A DNA stretch of 63,099 bases from IMG/VR virus record IMGVR_UViG_3300045988_090624. One strand, given 5' to 3'. A model generated the notes under the pieces. The model worked only from the letters and a program-made list of their open reading frames with translations. It was not told where the DNA came from and searched no databases. This document shows, piece after piece, positions 27,074-35,392 of this stretch (positions within the stretch are counted from its first letter, which is position 1; each line of letters starts with the position of its first letter). This stretch comes from a virus. Position numbers and translations under genes: made by a program.

Positions 27074-28975
27074 ATGGCACAGTATAAATCAGCGGTCATT
27101 ACTAAAAAGGGTGTAGCCCTGATGGGTAAGATTATGTCAGGAAAAACAAAACTTAATTTTAGTAAAATCTGTACATCTGATACTACTTACAAACAGGAAC
27201 AGTTAGCCGGACTTACATCCCTGACAGGGATTAAACAGGAGGCTCTGATTGCAGATATTACAAAGAAAAATGATGCTACTGTACAGGTAAGCACTCAGTT
27301 TTCTAATACGGCTCTTAAGACGGGCTATTATGTTAGAACTGTAGGACTTTATGCAGTAGATCCGGCTGAGGGAGATATCCTCTACAGTGTATGTATTGTA
27401 GATGAGTCAGTATCCACCCCGGACTATATGCCGCCTTATAATGGGGTTGGTGTATCATCCCTGATTATGAACATGGTAACTACTGTAGGAAATGCGGCAA
27501 ACGTAACAGTTACCGTAGATCCAGCGGCGGCGGCTACTGTATCTCAGGTTATTGATTTACAGAATCAGATTGATGATCTGAAAGGCTATACAGGTTACAT
27601 GGATGAGGATATTTATGGAGTTGAGGTAGACTTTGTAAATAAGAAATGTACCCGTTTAGCTGGAGCTGTAGGACATTCAGAGGGAGAGTTTTTCGATAGC
27701 CTTACCCCGTGGGGAGGTAGAAAGAGAGTTATCCTTTCTGATGATGGCTATGAGCTGGGATCTTATGGGGATCCTCAGTACACAGAAACCGGAAAGCTGG
27801 TACAGGCGGTAAATGTAGAAATCACTCCGGCTAATGGAGAATCTACTCCGGCGGTAACTAAAAACTTCCCTGTAGGTACTCTGGTACAGGTTATGGTAAA
27901 ACAGCCTAAGTTTTGGGTTAAGGTTGTACCTCTCTCAATGAGTAAAGCCTCTTATGGTAGAGGTTATCAGTTTGATAAAGCCCGTTACTATGTATCTCCT
28001 GTAGCTAAGCCGGGATTTATCGTTATTGATGAATTTAAGGCGGCTAATGGACAGGAACAGGATTTCATTTACCTCTCAGCTTTTGAGGGATCTCTGTATG
28101 ATACCTCTGAGGGTGCATATATTCTGGATGATGCTCAGGTAGCAGACTTTACAGCCTCTACAGGAGATAAGCTCTGTAGTATTGCCGGAGCTAAACCAGC
28201 CTCAGGTAAAACTCAGAGCCTTACAAGAAAGAACACAAGAGCTCTTGCAGATAACAGAAATACAGGAGTTGAGGCAGACAACACAGCCGGAGGAAAGGGA
28301 TGGAGATTGCATAATATCTTTGCTCTCTCAGTAACTCAGATCCTCTTAATGGTTGAGTATGCTCACCTTGATGCTCAGGCTAAGGTTGGTAGAGGTAACT
28401 GTGATAATACAGATGATGGAGCCTCTAACATGGCTATCAATACAGGCGGTACAAGTGCTCTTGGTAACAAGTCTGGTATTGATCCGACAGGCACAAATGG
28501 AAAATGTTGTGTTTCTTACAGAGGAGAAGAAAACCTCTGGGGAAATATTTGGACATGGTTGGATGGAATTAACATTGAGTGTAAAAATATTCAGAACGCT
28601 TATGTTAATCCTGATAACCTGACTATGGCTGATGATACAAAAGAGAACTACCAGAACACAGGCTTTACAATGGCAAAAGCTGGCGGTTATGTAAGTAAGT
28701 TTGGATATGATGAGGCTCACCCTTATCTTTTCCTCCCGTCAGAAACTAAAGGCTCCAGTAACTTTGTGGGTGCTTACCATTGGTGTAATGCGGCTTATGA
28801 TGGCTTTCTGGTTGCTCGGCTTGGCGGTAGGTGGAGTGATGGCGGTAGTTGCTCGCCTTTCTATCTGCATGTGGTTAATGCCTCGGGTTCTCGTGATCGT
28901 TATATCAGCGGTCGGTTGCTGTATGTACCTCAGGCAGATAAGCCTAAATACCTTTATAAGGTTATGGCGGCTTAA
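27074..28975 (+). CDS. Tail fibre / receptor-binding protein and DGR target
   Basis: The N-terminus resembles a tail-collar fibre (MAQYKSAVITKKG...YVRTVGLYAVDP). The C-terminus ...GGRWSDGGSCSPFYLHVVNASGSRDRYISGRLLYVP contains the variable repeat. Confidence 0.85.
   Translation: MAQYKSAVITKKGVALMGKIMSGKTKLNFSKICTSDTTYKQEQLAGLTSLTGIKQEALIADITKKNDATVQVSTQFSNTALKTGYYVRTVGLYAVDPAEGDILYSVCIVDESVSTPDYMPPYNGVGVSSLIMNMVTTVGNAANVTVTVDPAAAATVSQVIDLQNQIDDLKGYTGYMDEDIYGVEVDFVNKKCTRLAGAVGHSEGEFFDSLTPWGGRKRVILSDDGYELGSYGDPQYTETGKLVQAVNVEITPANGESTPAVTKNFPVGTLVQVMVKQPKFWVKVVPLSMSKASYGRGYQFDKARYYVSPVAKPGFIVIDEFKAANGQEQDFIYLSAFEGSLYDTSEGAYILDDAQVADFTASTGDKLCSIAGAKPASGKTQSLTRKNTRALADNRNTGVEADNTAGGKGWRLHNIFALSVTQILLMVEYAHLDAQAKVGRGNCDNTDDGASNMAINTGGTSALGNKSGIDPTGTNGKCCVSYRGEENLWGNIWTWLDGINIECKNIQNAYVNPDNLTMADDTKENYQNTGFTMAKAGGYVSKFGYDEAHPYLFLPSETKGSSNFVGAYHWCNAAYDGFLVARLGGRWSDGGSCSPFYLHVVNASGSRDRYISGRLLYVPQADKPKYLYKVMAA
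28801..28929 (+). repeat. DGR variable repeat (VR)
   Basis: A 129-nt gapless alignment to 29058-29186 shows 24 mismatches, all at adenines of the other copy. Confidence 0.92.
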
Positions 28976-29011
28976 GGCTGAGGAAAAATAAAATTGAATA
29001 TTGATTGAACA

Positions 29012-29038
29012 ATAGGGAGCCTTTCAGCTCCCTATTTT
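29012..29038 (+). terminator. Rho-independent terminator after the tail-fibre gene
   Basis: ATAGGGAGC (29012-29020) pairs with GCTCCCTAT (29027-29035), followed by TTTT. Confidence 0.6.
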
Positions 29039-29057
29039 CATAGGTCACTAATAGAGT

Positions 29058-29186
29058 TGGCTTTATAGTTACTCAACTTGGCGGTAAATGGAATAATGGC
29101 AGTAATTGCTCACCTTTCTATCTGAATGTGAATAATACCTCAGGTAATCGTAATCGTAATATCAGCGGTCAGTTGCAATATGTACC
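29058..29186 (+). repeat. DGR template repeat (TR)
   Basis: This non-coding copy of the VR is A-rich. It has nine AAT codons when read in the VR frame and 38 adenines, 24 of them substituted in the VR. Confidence 0.92.
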
Positions 29187-29405
29187 CTTGTGAAAAGCAA
29201 GAAAAATTTGAAAATACTGGGATTTAGTGACCTTGCCTCTTGGCAGAACATAAAACAGACGGGAGCCTCCCGGACTGGGTAAAAAGTATGTAAAGGGGTA
29301 CTGATAAGGGGATTGAATAATCCTTGAAATACCGTTTAGGGATACCAATAAAGGTCGGTTCCCCTTTGGTACATACAAAAAATTTAACAGGGTTGGTAAA
29401 AATAA
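29187..29405 (+). ncRNA. Putative DGR spacer RNA region between the TR and the RT gene
   Basis: A 219-nt non-coding tract on the + strand with short local stems, e.g. CGGGA-gcc-TCCCG. The role is inferred by analogy with characterised DGRs. Confidence 0.4.
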
Positions 29406-30602
29406 ATGACAGGTACAAAAGATCTCTTTAATTCTATCTGTAGCATGGATAACTTATACAGAGCTTATCAAAATGCTAAATCAGGAAAAGGCTGGTACAA
29501 AGAAGTAAAGCAGATTGAGAAAAGACCGTTTTACTACTTAGCCGGACTACAGTATATGCTCAAGAATCATTTATTTAAAACCTCAGAGTATGAGATCTTT
29601 ATTTTAAATGAGGGCAAGAAAAAGAGAGATGTGTACAAGTTACCATTTTTCCCTGACAGGATAGCTCAGTGGGCTATCTTACAAGTTATAGAGCCGTTTT
29701 TAGTGGCTAATATGACAGCAGATACATATAGTGCAATTCCCGGAAAGGGAATACAGCCTATAGTAAACGATCTTAGAGGATACTATAAAACGAAACGTGT
29801 AGACGGTAAAAAGAAATCCGTGTGGGTTCCGTCAATACTCCTCAGTGATGAGGAGAATACAAGGTACTGTTATAAAATTGATCTCCACCACTATTACCAG
29901 TCCATAAATCACGAAGTCCTCAAACAGAAATTCAGAAAAGTATTTAAAGATCCTGAGCTCCTATGGTTACTGGATGAGATAGTAGACAGTATAAATACAG
30001 CTACAGAGGAGGATCTTATTGAGTTGTCTCTGTCTGGAGAGATAGAGGTTGATCCTAACACAGGGATCCCTATAGGGAACTATATGAGCCAATACAGCGG
30101 CAATTTTTACCTTAGTTCTTTCGATCACTGGGTTAAAGAAGAATTACACGTTAAGCACTATTACAGATATATGGATGATGTAGTTATATTTGCCTCATCA
30201 AAAGAGGAGTTACATGAAATTCATAGAAAAGTAACGGCTTACACAAGAGATTATTTACACCTAAATATTAAAGGCAATTATCAGATATTCCCTACAAAAG
30301 TGAGAGGTGTTGATTTTGTAGGCTACAGGTTCTTTGGAGAGTATACATTACTCAGGAAGAGTACCGCTATCAATTTTAAGCGGAAAATGAGAGCTTGTAG
30401 AAAGAAAATGGAAAATAACATACCACCTACTTACAGTGAGTGGTGTTCATTCAACAGCTATAAAGGGTGGCTTGGAAACTGTGATAGCTACAGGCTATTT
30501 AAAAAGTACATGGAGCCCCTTATAGAATATATGCAAAACTATTATGAAAGGGAGGTAAAAGATCATGGAGAAGTTTACAAATGTTATGTCCAGTGCGGAT
30601 AA
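29406..30602 (+). CDS. DGR reverse transcriptase
   Basis: YMDD catalytic motif (YYRYMDDVVIF) and the DGR-type IGNYMSQ motif ([ILV]GxxxSQ). The N-terminus ...NLYRAYQNAKSGKGW is typical. It lies adjacent to the TR. Confidence 0.9.
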   Translation: MTGTKDLFNSICSMDNLYRAYQNAKSGKGWYKEVKQIEKRPFYYLAGLQYMLKNHLFKTSEYEIFILNEGKKKRDVYKLPFFPDRIAQWAILQVIEPFLVANMTADTYSAIPGKGIQPIVNDLRGYYKTKRVDGKKKSVWVPSILLSDEENTRYCYKIDLHHYYQSINHEVLKQKFRKVFKDPELLWLLDEIVDSINTATEEDLIELSLSGEIEVDPNTGIPIGNYMSQYSGNFYLSSFDHWVKEELHVKHYYRYMDDVVIFASSKEELHEIHRKVTAYTRDYLHLNIKGNYQIFPTKVRGVDFVGYRFFGEYTLLRKSTAINFKRKMRACRKKMENNIPPTYSEWCSFNSYKGWLGNCDSYRLFKKYMEPLIEYMQNYYEREVKDHGEVYKCYVQCG

Positions 30603-30840
30603 AGTTGAGGCTCTGGAGATTACTGAGGAGACTGTAATTGTCAGATCTGGTATTACCCATGTTGAGGATCCCGGTACAGAAGATCAGCCGGGATTTACCG
30701 GGTGGAAGATTGAGACAGAGGAAGTCTATGAGAAAGATGAGTATATCAAGCTCATGGCTGAGAAAAATGATTCTCTGGATCAACAGGCTACAGATCTCCA
30801 GCTTGCTCTTGCTGAGGTCTATGAGCAGATTATTTCTTAA
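30565..30840 (+). CDS. Hypothetical acidic protein
   Basis: Overlaps the RT 3' end by 38 nt. Position is between the fibre/DGR and lysis genes. Confidence 0.5.
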   Translation: MEKFTNVMSSADKVEALEITEETVIVRSGITHVEDPGTEDQPGFTGWKIETEEVYEKDEYIKLMAEKNDSLDQQATDLQLALAEVYEQIIS

Positions 30841-30855
30841 GAGGAGGTGTGAGAG

Positions 30856-30963
30856 ATGGCTAAGATTTATGCTGATCTGATCCGTAAGGGGTTAAAGACT
30901 CTGGAGGATGTTCCTGTGAAACTCAGGAAACAGGTAGAAAAGATTTTAGGCGGTGAGGCTTGA
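30856..30963 (+). CDS. Small protein (35 aa), paralogue of 31014..31139
   Basis: MAKIYADLIRKGLKTLEDVPVKLRKQVEKIL with GAGGAGG RBS. Too short for the ORF track. Confidence 0.5.
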   Translation: MAKIYADLIRKGLKTLEDVPVKLRKQVEKILGGEA

Positions 30964-31013
30964 TGTTGTTCAGTCTCATCCTTAAAACAATCTTAAGAAA
31001 GGAGGTAACGGTC

Positions 31014-31139
31014 ATGGCTGTGATTTATGCTACTCTGATTATCAAGGGTAAGAAAACATTTGCTGAGGTTCCGGCAGTCCTTAAGGACAAAGTAAAAGAG
31101 ATCCTGATTGATCTTGAATTACCGGAACTGGCTGAGTAA
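31014..31139 (+). CDS. Small protein (41 aa), paralogue of 30856..30963
   Basis: MAVIYATLIIKGKKTFAEVPAVLKDKVKEILIDL with AGGAGG RBS. Confidence 0.5.
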   Translation: MAVIYATLIIKGKKTFAEVPAVLKDKVKEILIDLELPELAE

Positions 31140-31158
31140 GGAGAGAATCCTTAGGACT

Positions 31159-31190
31159 GAGGGTAACAGTTTTGTTACCCTCCTTTTTAT
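31159..31190 (+). terminator. Rho-independent terminator
   Basis: GAGGGTAACA pairs with TGTTACCCTC (10 bp), followed by a T-rich run. Confidence 0.7.
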
Positions 31191-31216
31191 TCTGACAGAA
31201 AGGAGGATCTCAGTGA

Positions 31217-31522
31217 GTGGAGGATAGAGATATTGACTTTGAGCACAGACTTACAGAAGTTGAGCAAAGAGCAAAAAGCAATACCATAAGAATTGATGAG
31301 CACGATCGGGAGATTAAAGAGAATAACAATCTCATAGGTGCTATCAAAGAGCTTGCCACAGAAGTTAAGTACATGAGAGAGGATCTTAATGATACGATTG
31401 AAAGACTTAACAAACTGGAGGGAAAAGACGGTGATAAGTGGGAGAAATTCAAGTGGTTACTTGTAGCCGGGTTAGTAACTATTGTGTTGGGTTCTTTAGC
31501 CGTACAGGTGGGGCTAAAGTAG
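31217..31522 (+). CDS. xhlA: XhlA-like membrane protein of the lysis module
   Basis: An N-terminal coiled coil (RLTEVEQRAKSN...) and a C-terminal transmembrane segment WLLVAGLVTIVLGSLAV. GTG start after AGGAGG. Confidence 0.6.
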   Translation: MEDRDIDFEHRLTEVEQRAKSNTIRIDEHDREIKENNNLIGAIKELATEVKYMREDLNDTIERLNKLEGKDGDKWEKFKWLLVAGLVTIVLGSLAVQVGLK

Positions 31523-31612
31523 GAGGTGATCCTTATTATCTATCTGAGGATAACTTACAGTGATACTCCTCAGATTATTACTCACTGTAAATAAGATTTT
31601 TGGAGGTATTTT

Positions 31613-31876
31613 ATGAACCTGAAAGTAAGAGTTAAAAATCCTGTTTTCTGGGTACAGATTGTACTTAGTATCCTGACTCCGGTTCTTGCGTATGCCGGAT
31701 TAACAGCTCAGGATCTTACTACATGGGGAAAGTTAGGGGAGCTCATTGTGAGAGCTGTATCTAATCCTTATGTACTCTCTTTGGTAGCTGTATCAGTTTG
31801 GAATACATTAAACGATCCGACTACAAAGGGCTTAGGAGACAGTGAAAGAGCAAAGAGTTATACAGATCCACAGTAA
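31613..31876 (+). CDS. Holin
   Basis: 87 aa with two hydrophobic segments (FWVQIVLSILTPVLAYAGL, VLSLVAVSVWNTL) and a charged C-terminus. It lies just upstream of the endolysin gene. Confidence 0.75.
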   Translation: MNLKVRVKNPVFWVQIVLSILTPVLAYAGLTAQDLTTWGKLGELIVRAVSNPYVLSLVAVSVWNTLNDPTTKGLGDSERAKSYTDPQ

Positions 31877-31888
31877 TTATTATGAGGG

Positions 31889-31918
31889 GAGCACTTCACA
31901 GGTGCTCTCTTTATTTTT
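31889..31918 (+). terminator. Hairpin plus T-run between the holin and endolysin genes
   Basis: GAGCAC pairs with GTGCTC, followed by TCTTTATTTTT. Confidence 0.45.
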
Positions 31919-31939
31919 GCCTGAAAGGAGTGAGGGCAG

Positions 31940-33481
31940 ATGTTAAGTAAAACAAATTTAGAGATTTTGGTAAAAATCATTTATGCGGTTGAGACAGGAG
32001 GACAGGTTTACGGAAATTGTAGATATGATGATTTCACAGAAGCCTATACAAACTCCTCAAATGAGACAGCTATTACCATTGGAGCCGGACAGTGGTTTGC
32101 TGGGGAGGCTAAGACACTCCTCCAGAAAATTAAAGAGAAAGATCCTGATACTTTCAAAAAGTTGGACTCTAAGGGTGAGATTGCGGCAGATCTTAAGAGT
32201 GCAGATTGGAGTAAGTACCAGTTAAAGAAAAGCTCAGCAAAGGCTAAGACTATTGTTAAGATCATCTCCTCAGCCGCCGGGAAAGAGGTACAGGACAGCC
32301 TTGTTAGAGAACAGATGGAAAAATATGTTGCTGAGGCTGAGAAGCTGGGAGTAACAGATCAGGCGGCTCTTATGATGTGTGCTAACTTTAGACATCAGGG
32401 AGGCTTAAGTGCAGTTAAGAGGGTACTGAGTAAGACTGAAAAGCCTTATACACTGGATCACATTTATTCCGCTTGCTGTACTGATACAGGTAATCAGGTA
32501 GGGGCTTATAAGTCCCGTCAGAAATTTGTATATACCACCTTAAAAAGTAAGGTGAATAGCAATGTAAAGGAGGAAACCAAAATGGGAGTAACAGCACAAC
32601 AGATTATTGATATCATGGATAGCTGGGTAGGGCTTAGCAGATCAAAAGGCACTCACAAGCCTATCATTGATCTGTACAACAATCACAAGCCTTTAGCCCG
32701 TAGCTATGCAGTAGGCTACAATGATAGCTATTGTGATACTACAGTGTCAGCGGCTTTTATTAAGGCTGGAGCCGTGGATCTTATCGGCGGTACTGAGTGT
32801 GGAGTTGAAGAGCACGTTAAACTCTTTAAGAAAGCCGGGATCTGGATTGAAGATGGAACCATTACCCCGGAGAAAGGTGATATCGTAGTATTTAACTGGG
32901 ATGATGCTACTCAGCCGAATGATGGGTACTCAGATCATATCGGTGTTGTAAGATCTGTAGGATCTAAGAATTTTGAAACTACAGAGGGTAACATGAGCGG
33001 CGGTGTTGTAGGTCACAGAACTGTAGCTATCGGATGGGGCTATATTCGTGGATTTGCAAGACCTAAATATGCAAAGGCTAACAACTCTACACCTAAGCCG
33101 GAAAAACCAGATACAGGGGCAAATAAGAAGCCTACAGAGGCTACTACAACAGCTAAAACTTATACTGTAAAATCTGGAGACAATCTTACAAAGATTGCTA
33201 ACAAGTTTGGAACTACAGTACAGGTATTAGTTGACCTGAATAACATTAAGAATAAAAATCTCATTTATGTGGGACAGGTTCTTAAGTTACCGGGTACAAA
33301 AGGCTTTTGTGTAGGCTGTAGAGTGAGGGTGAATAAATCCGCTACTCACTATGCTACAGGTCAGAAGATTGCAAGTTTTGTAAAAGGATCAGAATACAAG
33401 GTTATTCAGGTAGGATCCGGTAAATGTTTACTTGGTGGTATTATGAGCTGGGTAAACAATTCAGATTTGACACTCTTATAA
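31940..33481 (+). CDS. Multidomain endolysin (N-terminal domain of unclear type, CHAP/NlpC-P60-like, LysM, SH3-like)
   Basis: The CHAP-like segment is [11 protein letters not shown]...GDIVVFNW...DHIGVV. The LysM segment is [29 protein letters not shown]...GQVLKLP. The C-terminal tail is SH3-like. Confidence 0.8.
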   Translation: MLSKTNLEILVKIIYAVETGGQVYGNCRYDDFTEAYTNSSNETAITIGAGQWFAGEAKTLLQKIKEKDPDTFKKLDSKGEIAADLKSADWSKYQLKKSSAKAKTIVKIISSAAGKEVQDSLVREQMEKYVAEAEKLGVTDQAALMMCANFRHQGGLSAVKRVLSKTEKPYTLDHIYSACCTDTGNQVGAYKSRQKFVYTTLKSKVNSNVKEETKMGVTAQQIIDIMDSWVGLSRSKGTHKPIIDLYNNHKPLARSYAVGYNDSYCDTTVSAAFIKAGAVDLIGGTECGVEEHVKLFKKAGIWIEDGTITPEKGDIVVFNWDDATQPNDGYSDHIGVVRSVGSKNFETTEGNMSGGVVGHRTVAIGWGYIRGFARPKYAKANNSTPKPEKPDTGANKKPTEATTTAKTYTVKSGDNLTKIANKFGTTVQVLVDLNNIKNKNLIYVGQVLKLPGTKGFCVGCRVRVNKSATHYATGQKIASFVKGSEYKVIQVGSGKCLLGGIMSWVNNSDLTLL

Positions 33482-33502
33482 TCCAAAAGGGTTATTTTGA
33501 GA

Positions 33503-33540
33503 GGGCTATCAGTGTAAGGGCTGATAGCCCTATTTTTTTT
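33503..33540 (+). terminator. Rho-independent terminator
   Basis: GGGCTATCAG pairs with CTGATAGCCC (10 bp), followed by a T-run. Confidence 0.8.
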
Positions 33541-33573
33541 TGTCTAAATTTCAGGAGATTTCTGGTTATTACT
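33541..33573 (+). promoter_or_regulatory. Conserved element A, copy 3
   Basis: TGTCTAAA at 33541 and GGTTATTACT at 33564. Confidence 0.55.
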
Positions 33574-33591
33574 CAAATAATAAGTAATGGG

Positions 33592-33619
33592 TTTACATAG
33601 TATCAAAAAGATGTATAAT
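33592..33619 (+). promoter_or_regulatory. Sigma-A-type promoter upstream of the integrase gene
   Basis: TTTACA-N16-TATAAT. The 17-mer CAAAAAGATGTATAATA is shared with the promoter at 56219..56246. Confidence 0.6.
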
Positions 33620-33676
33620 AAGTATGAGATATTATGACAAACCTGTACAAATTCTAATCAACAGGAGGAAAACAGG

Positions 33677-35305
33677 ATGGTACAGGAGAAATTAAGAGCG
33701 GTATTTTATGCAAGGGTATCTACAGAGGAAGAGAGACAACTTAACGCTCTGGAGAAACAGGTAGCTGAGTGTAAAGATGCTGTTTTACAGAAAGGGTGGA
33801 AACTGGTAGATCAGTATGTAGATGAGGGCAAAAGTGGTACTCAGATAAAGAGGAGAGATGAGTACAGAAGATTATTTGAAGATCTGGAAAATGATAAATT
33901 TGATATTGTAGTTATCAAGTCACAGGACAGGCTCCAGAGAAATACTTTAGACTGGTACATCTGGATAGACCGCCTTACTACTCACGGGAAAAGGTTGTAT
34001 ATGTACCTTGAGGATACTTTCTACTCCCCGGATAACGCTCTTATCTCCGGGATCAAGGCTATCTTAGCTGAGGAGTACAGTAGAGAGCTCAGTAAGAAGA
34101 TCAACAACAGCTACAAAAGAAGAATAGAGGCGGCTAAGAACGGGGAGAAAATCTCTATAGTAAATAATTCAAGATCCTTAGGGTATGATAAAGTTAATGG
34201 TGAGCTGGTAATCAATGAGAAAGAAGCTGAGGTTGTAAGGATGATCTTTAATATGTACGCCTCAGGGGAGGGCTTGAGAGCTATCTCTAATACTCTTTAT
34301 GACATGGGATACAGGAATAGATCAGGAAATGAGATTGATCCTACTACTATCTCCAGAATGTTATCAAGTGAGAAGTATAAAGGGGTGTACGTCATTAACC
34401 AGAGACATTATGATTTTGATACAAAAAAGACTGTACTAAATCCTAAAAGTGAGTGGGTACATATTCCCGGAGCTGTCCCGGCTATTGTGGAGCCTGAGCT
34501 CTGGGATAGAGTACAGGAGATCAAAGGATCTAAAGTACAGAGTATTAAAAATGAGAAACGTGGTAGGAATTGTGGTAAGAGTATCTTTAGCGGTAAAATC
34601 TACTGTGCTAAGTGTGGGGCTAAATATTGGAGATCTTTAGAAAATGGCTACGTTAAATTTAAGTGCTCAAGCTATTCTAAGTACGGTAAGATTCCGGGTA
34701 AAGGGTGTGATAATAAATCATTCTCAGAAAATGCTCTTTACAGTATCCTACAATCCCTCTCTGAGCAGATTGTAGAGGTTAATACAGCGGAGGTAAGGAA
34801 ATCTCTATTGAGCTGGTTAGAAAGCCTCAGAGAACGCCTCAGAGCCTCACAGGGGGATGATACAATCAAAGAAGAAATCAGAAAACAGACAGCAAGAAAA
34901 GAAAAGCTCACAGATGCTTATATGGATGGTATCATAAGTAAAGAAGATTACTCAAAGAGATATAAGGAGCTGGAGAAAACTCTTGAGGATCTGAAAGATA
35001 AACTCCTCACACTGGAAGTAAATGAGGATTTACAAAGTATTGAGGAAGTGATACAAAATATAGATAAGGAGATGGAGGAATATTTACAGACTCAATCTTT
35101 CAATGAGAGCCGGGTGGAGTTCCTTAACCAGCACCTTACAAAAGTCACAGTAAATAAAGATTCTTTTCTATTAGAGTTTGATCTGATAGGAGGGGCTATA
35201 CTCACAGGGAAAGACTTTTATCTGTTTGTTGACAATCCGAGATGGTATAGCATACAAACAGATAAAAGAAATAGCGTAGATGTGAGGATTAAAATAGCCG
35301 CATAA
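33677..35305 (+). CDS. Large serine recombinase (integrase)
   Basis: The N-terminal resolvase motif AVFYARVSTEEE carries the catalytic Ser. A recombinase domain, a Cys cluster (CAKCGAKY...FKCSSY...GCDN) and a C-terminal coiled coil follow. Confidence 0.85.
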   Translation: MVQEKLRAVFYARVSTEEERQLNALEKQVAECKDAVLQKGWKLVDQYVDEGKSGTQIKRRDEYRRLFEDLENDKFDIVVIKSQDRLQRNTLDWYIWIDRLTTHGKRLYMYLEDTFYSPDNALISGIKAILAEEYSRELSKKINNSYKRRIEAAKNGEKISIVNNSRSLGYDKVNGELVINEKEAEVVRMIFNMYASGEGLRAISNTLYDMGYRNRSGNEIDPTTISRMLSSEKYKGVYVINQRHYDFDTKKTVLNPKSEWVHIPGAVPAIVEPELWDRVQEIKGSKVQSIKNEKRGRNCGKSIFSGKIYCAKCGAKYWRSLENGYVKFKCSSYSKYGKIPGKGCDNKSFSENALYSILQSLSEQIVEVNTAEVRKSLLSWLESLRERLRASQGDDTIKEEIRKQTARKEKLTDAYMDGIISKEDYSKRYKELEKTLEDLKDKLLTLEVNEDLQSIEEVIQNIDKEMEEYLQTQSFNESRVEFLNQHLTKVTVNKDSFLLEFDLIGGAILTGKDFYLFVDNPRWYSIQTDKRNSVDVRIKIAA

Positions 35306-35323
35306 AACAATTTATACAGGTTT

Positions 35324-35357
35324 TGTCTAAAATCTCAATGCCTCTTTGGTTATTACT
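35324..35357 (+). promoter_or_regulatory. Conserved element A, copy 4
   Basis: TGTCTAAA at 35324 and GGTTATTACT at 35348 (24-nt register). Confidence 0.5.
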
Positions 35358-35392
35358 AAATATTCAAAGTAATAGCTAAGGAGGTTTTTTTT

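Noticed and set aside
29266-29285. 15-mer GGACTGGGTAAAAAG shared between the DGR spacer (about 29270) and the leader of the radical-SAM operon (about 58503)
   Set aside because: A single exact 15-mer match within about 63 kb is close to what chance predicts. The flanks show no further similarity.
29169-29418. Minus-strand ORFs 29169..29378 and 29224..29418 as candidate DGR accessory (Avd) genes
   Set aside because: They are antisense to every neighbouring gene, have no RBS and overlap each other. Their composition (P/F/Y-rich) does not look like a basic helical bundle. They are more likely chance ORFs in the TR-RT spacer.
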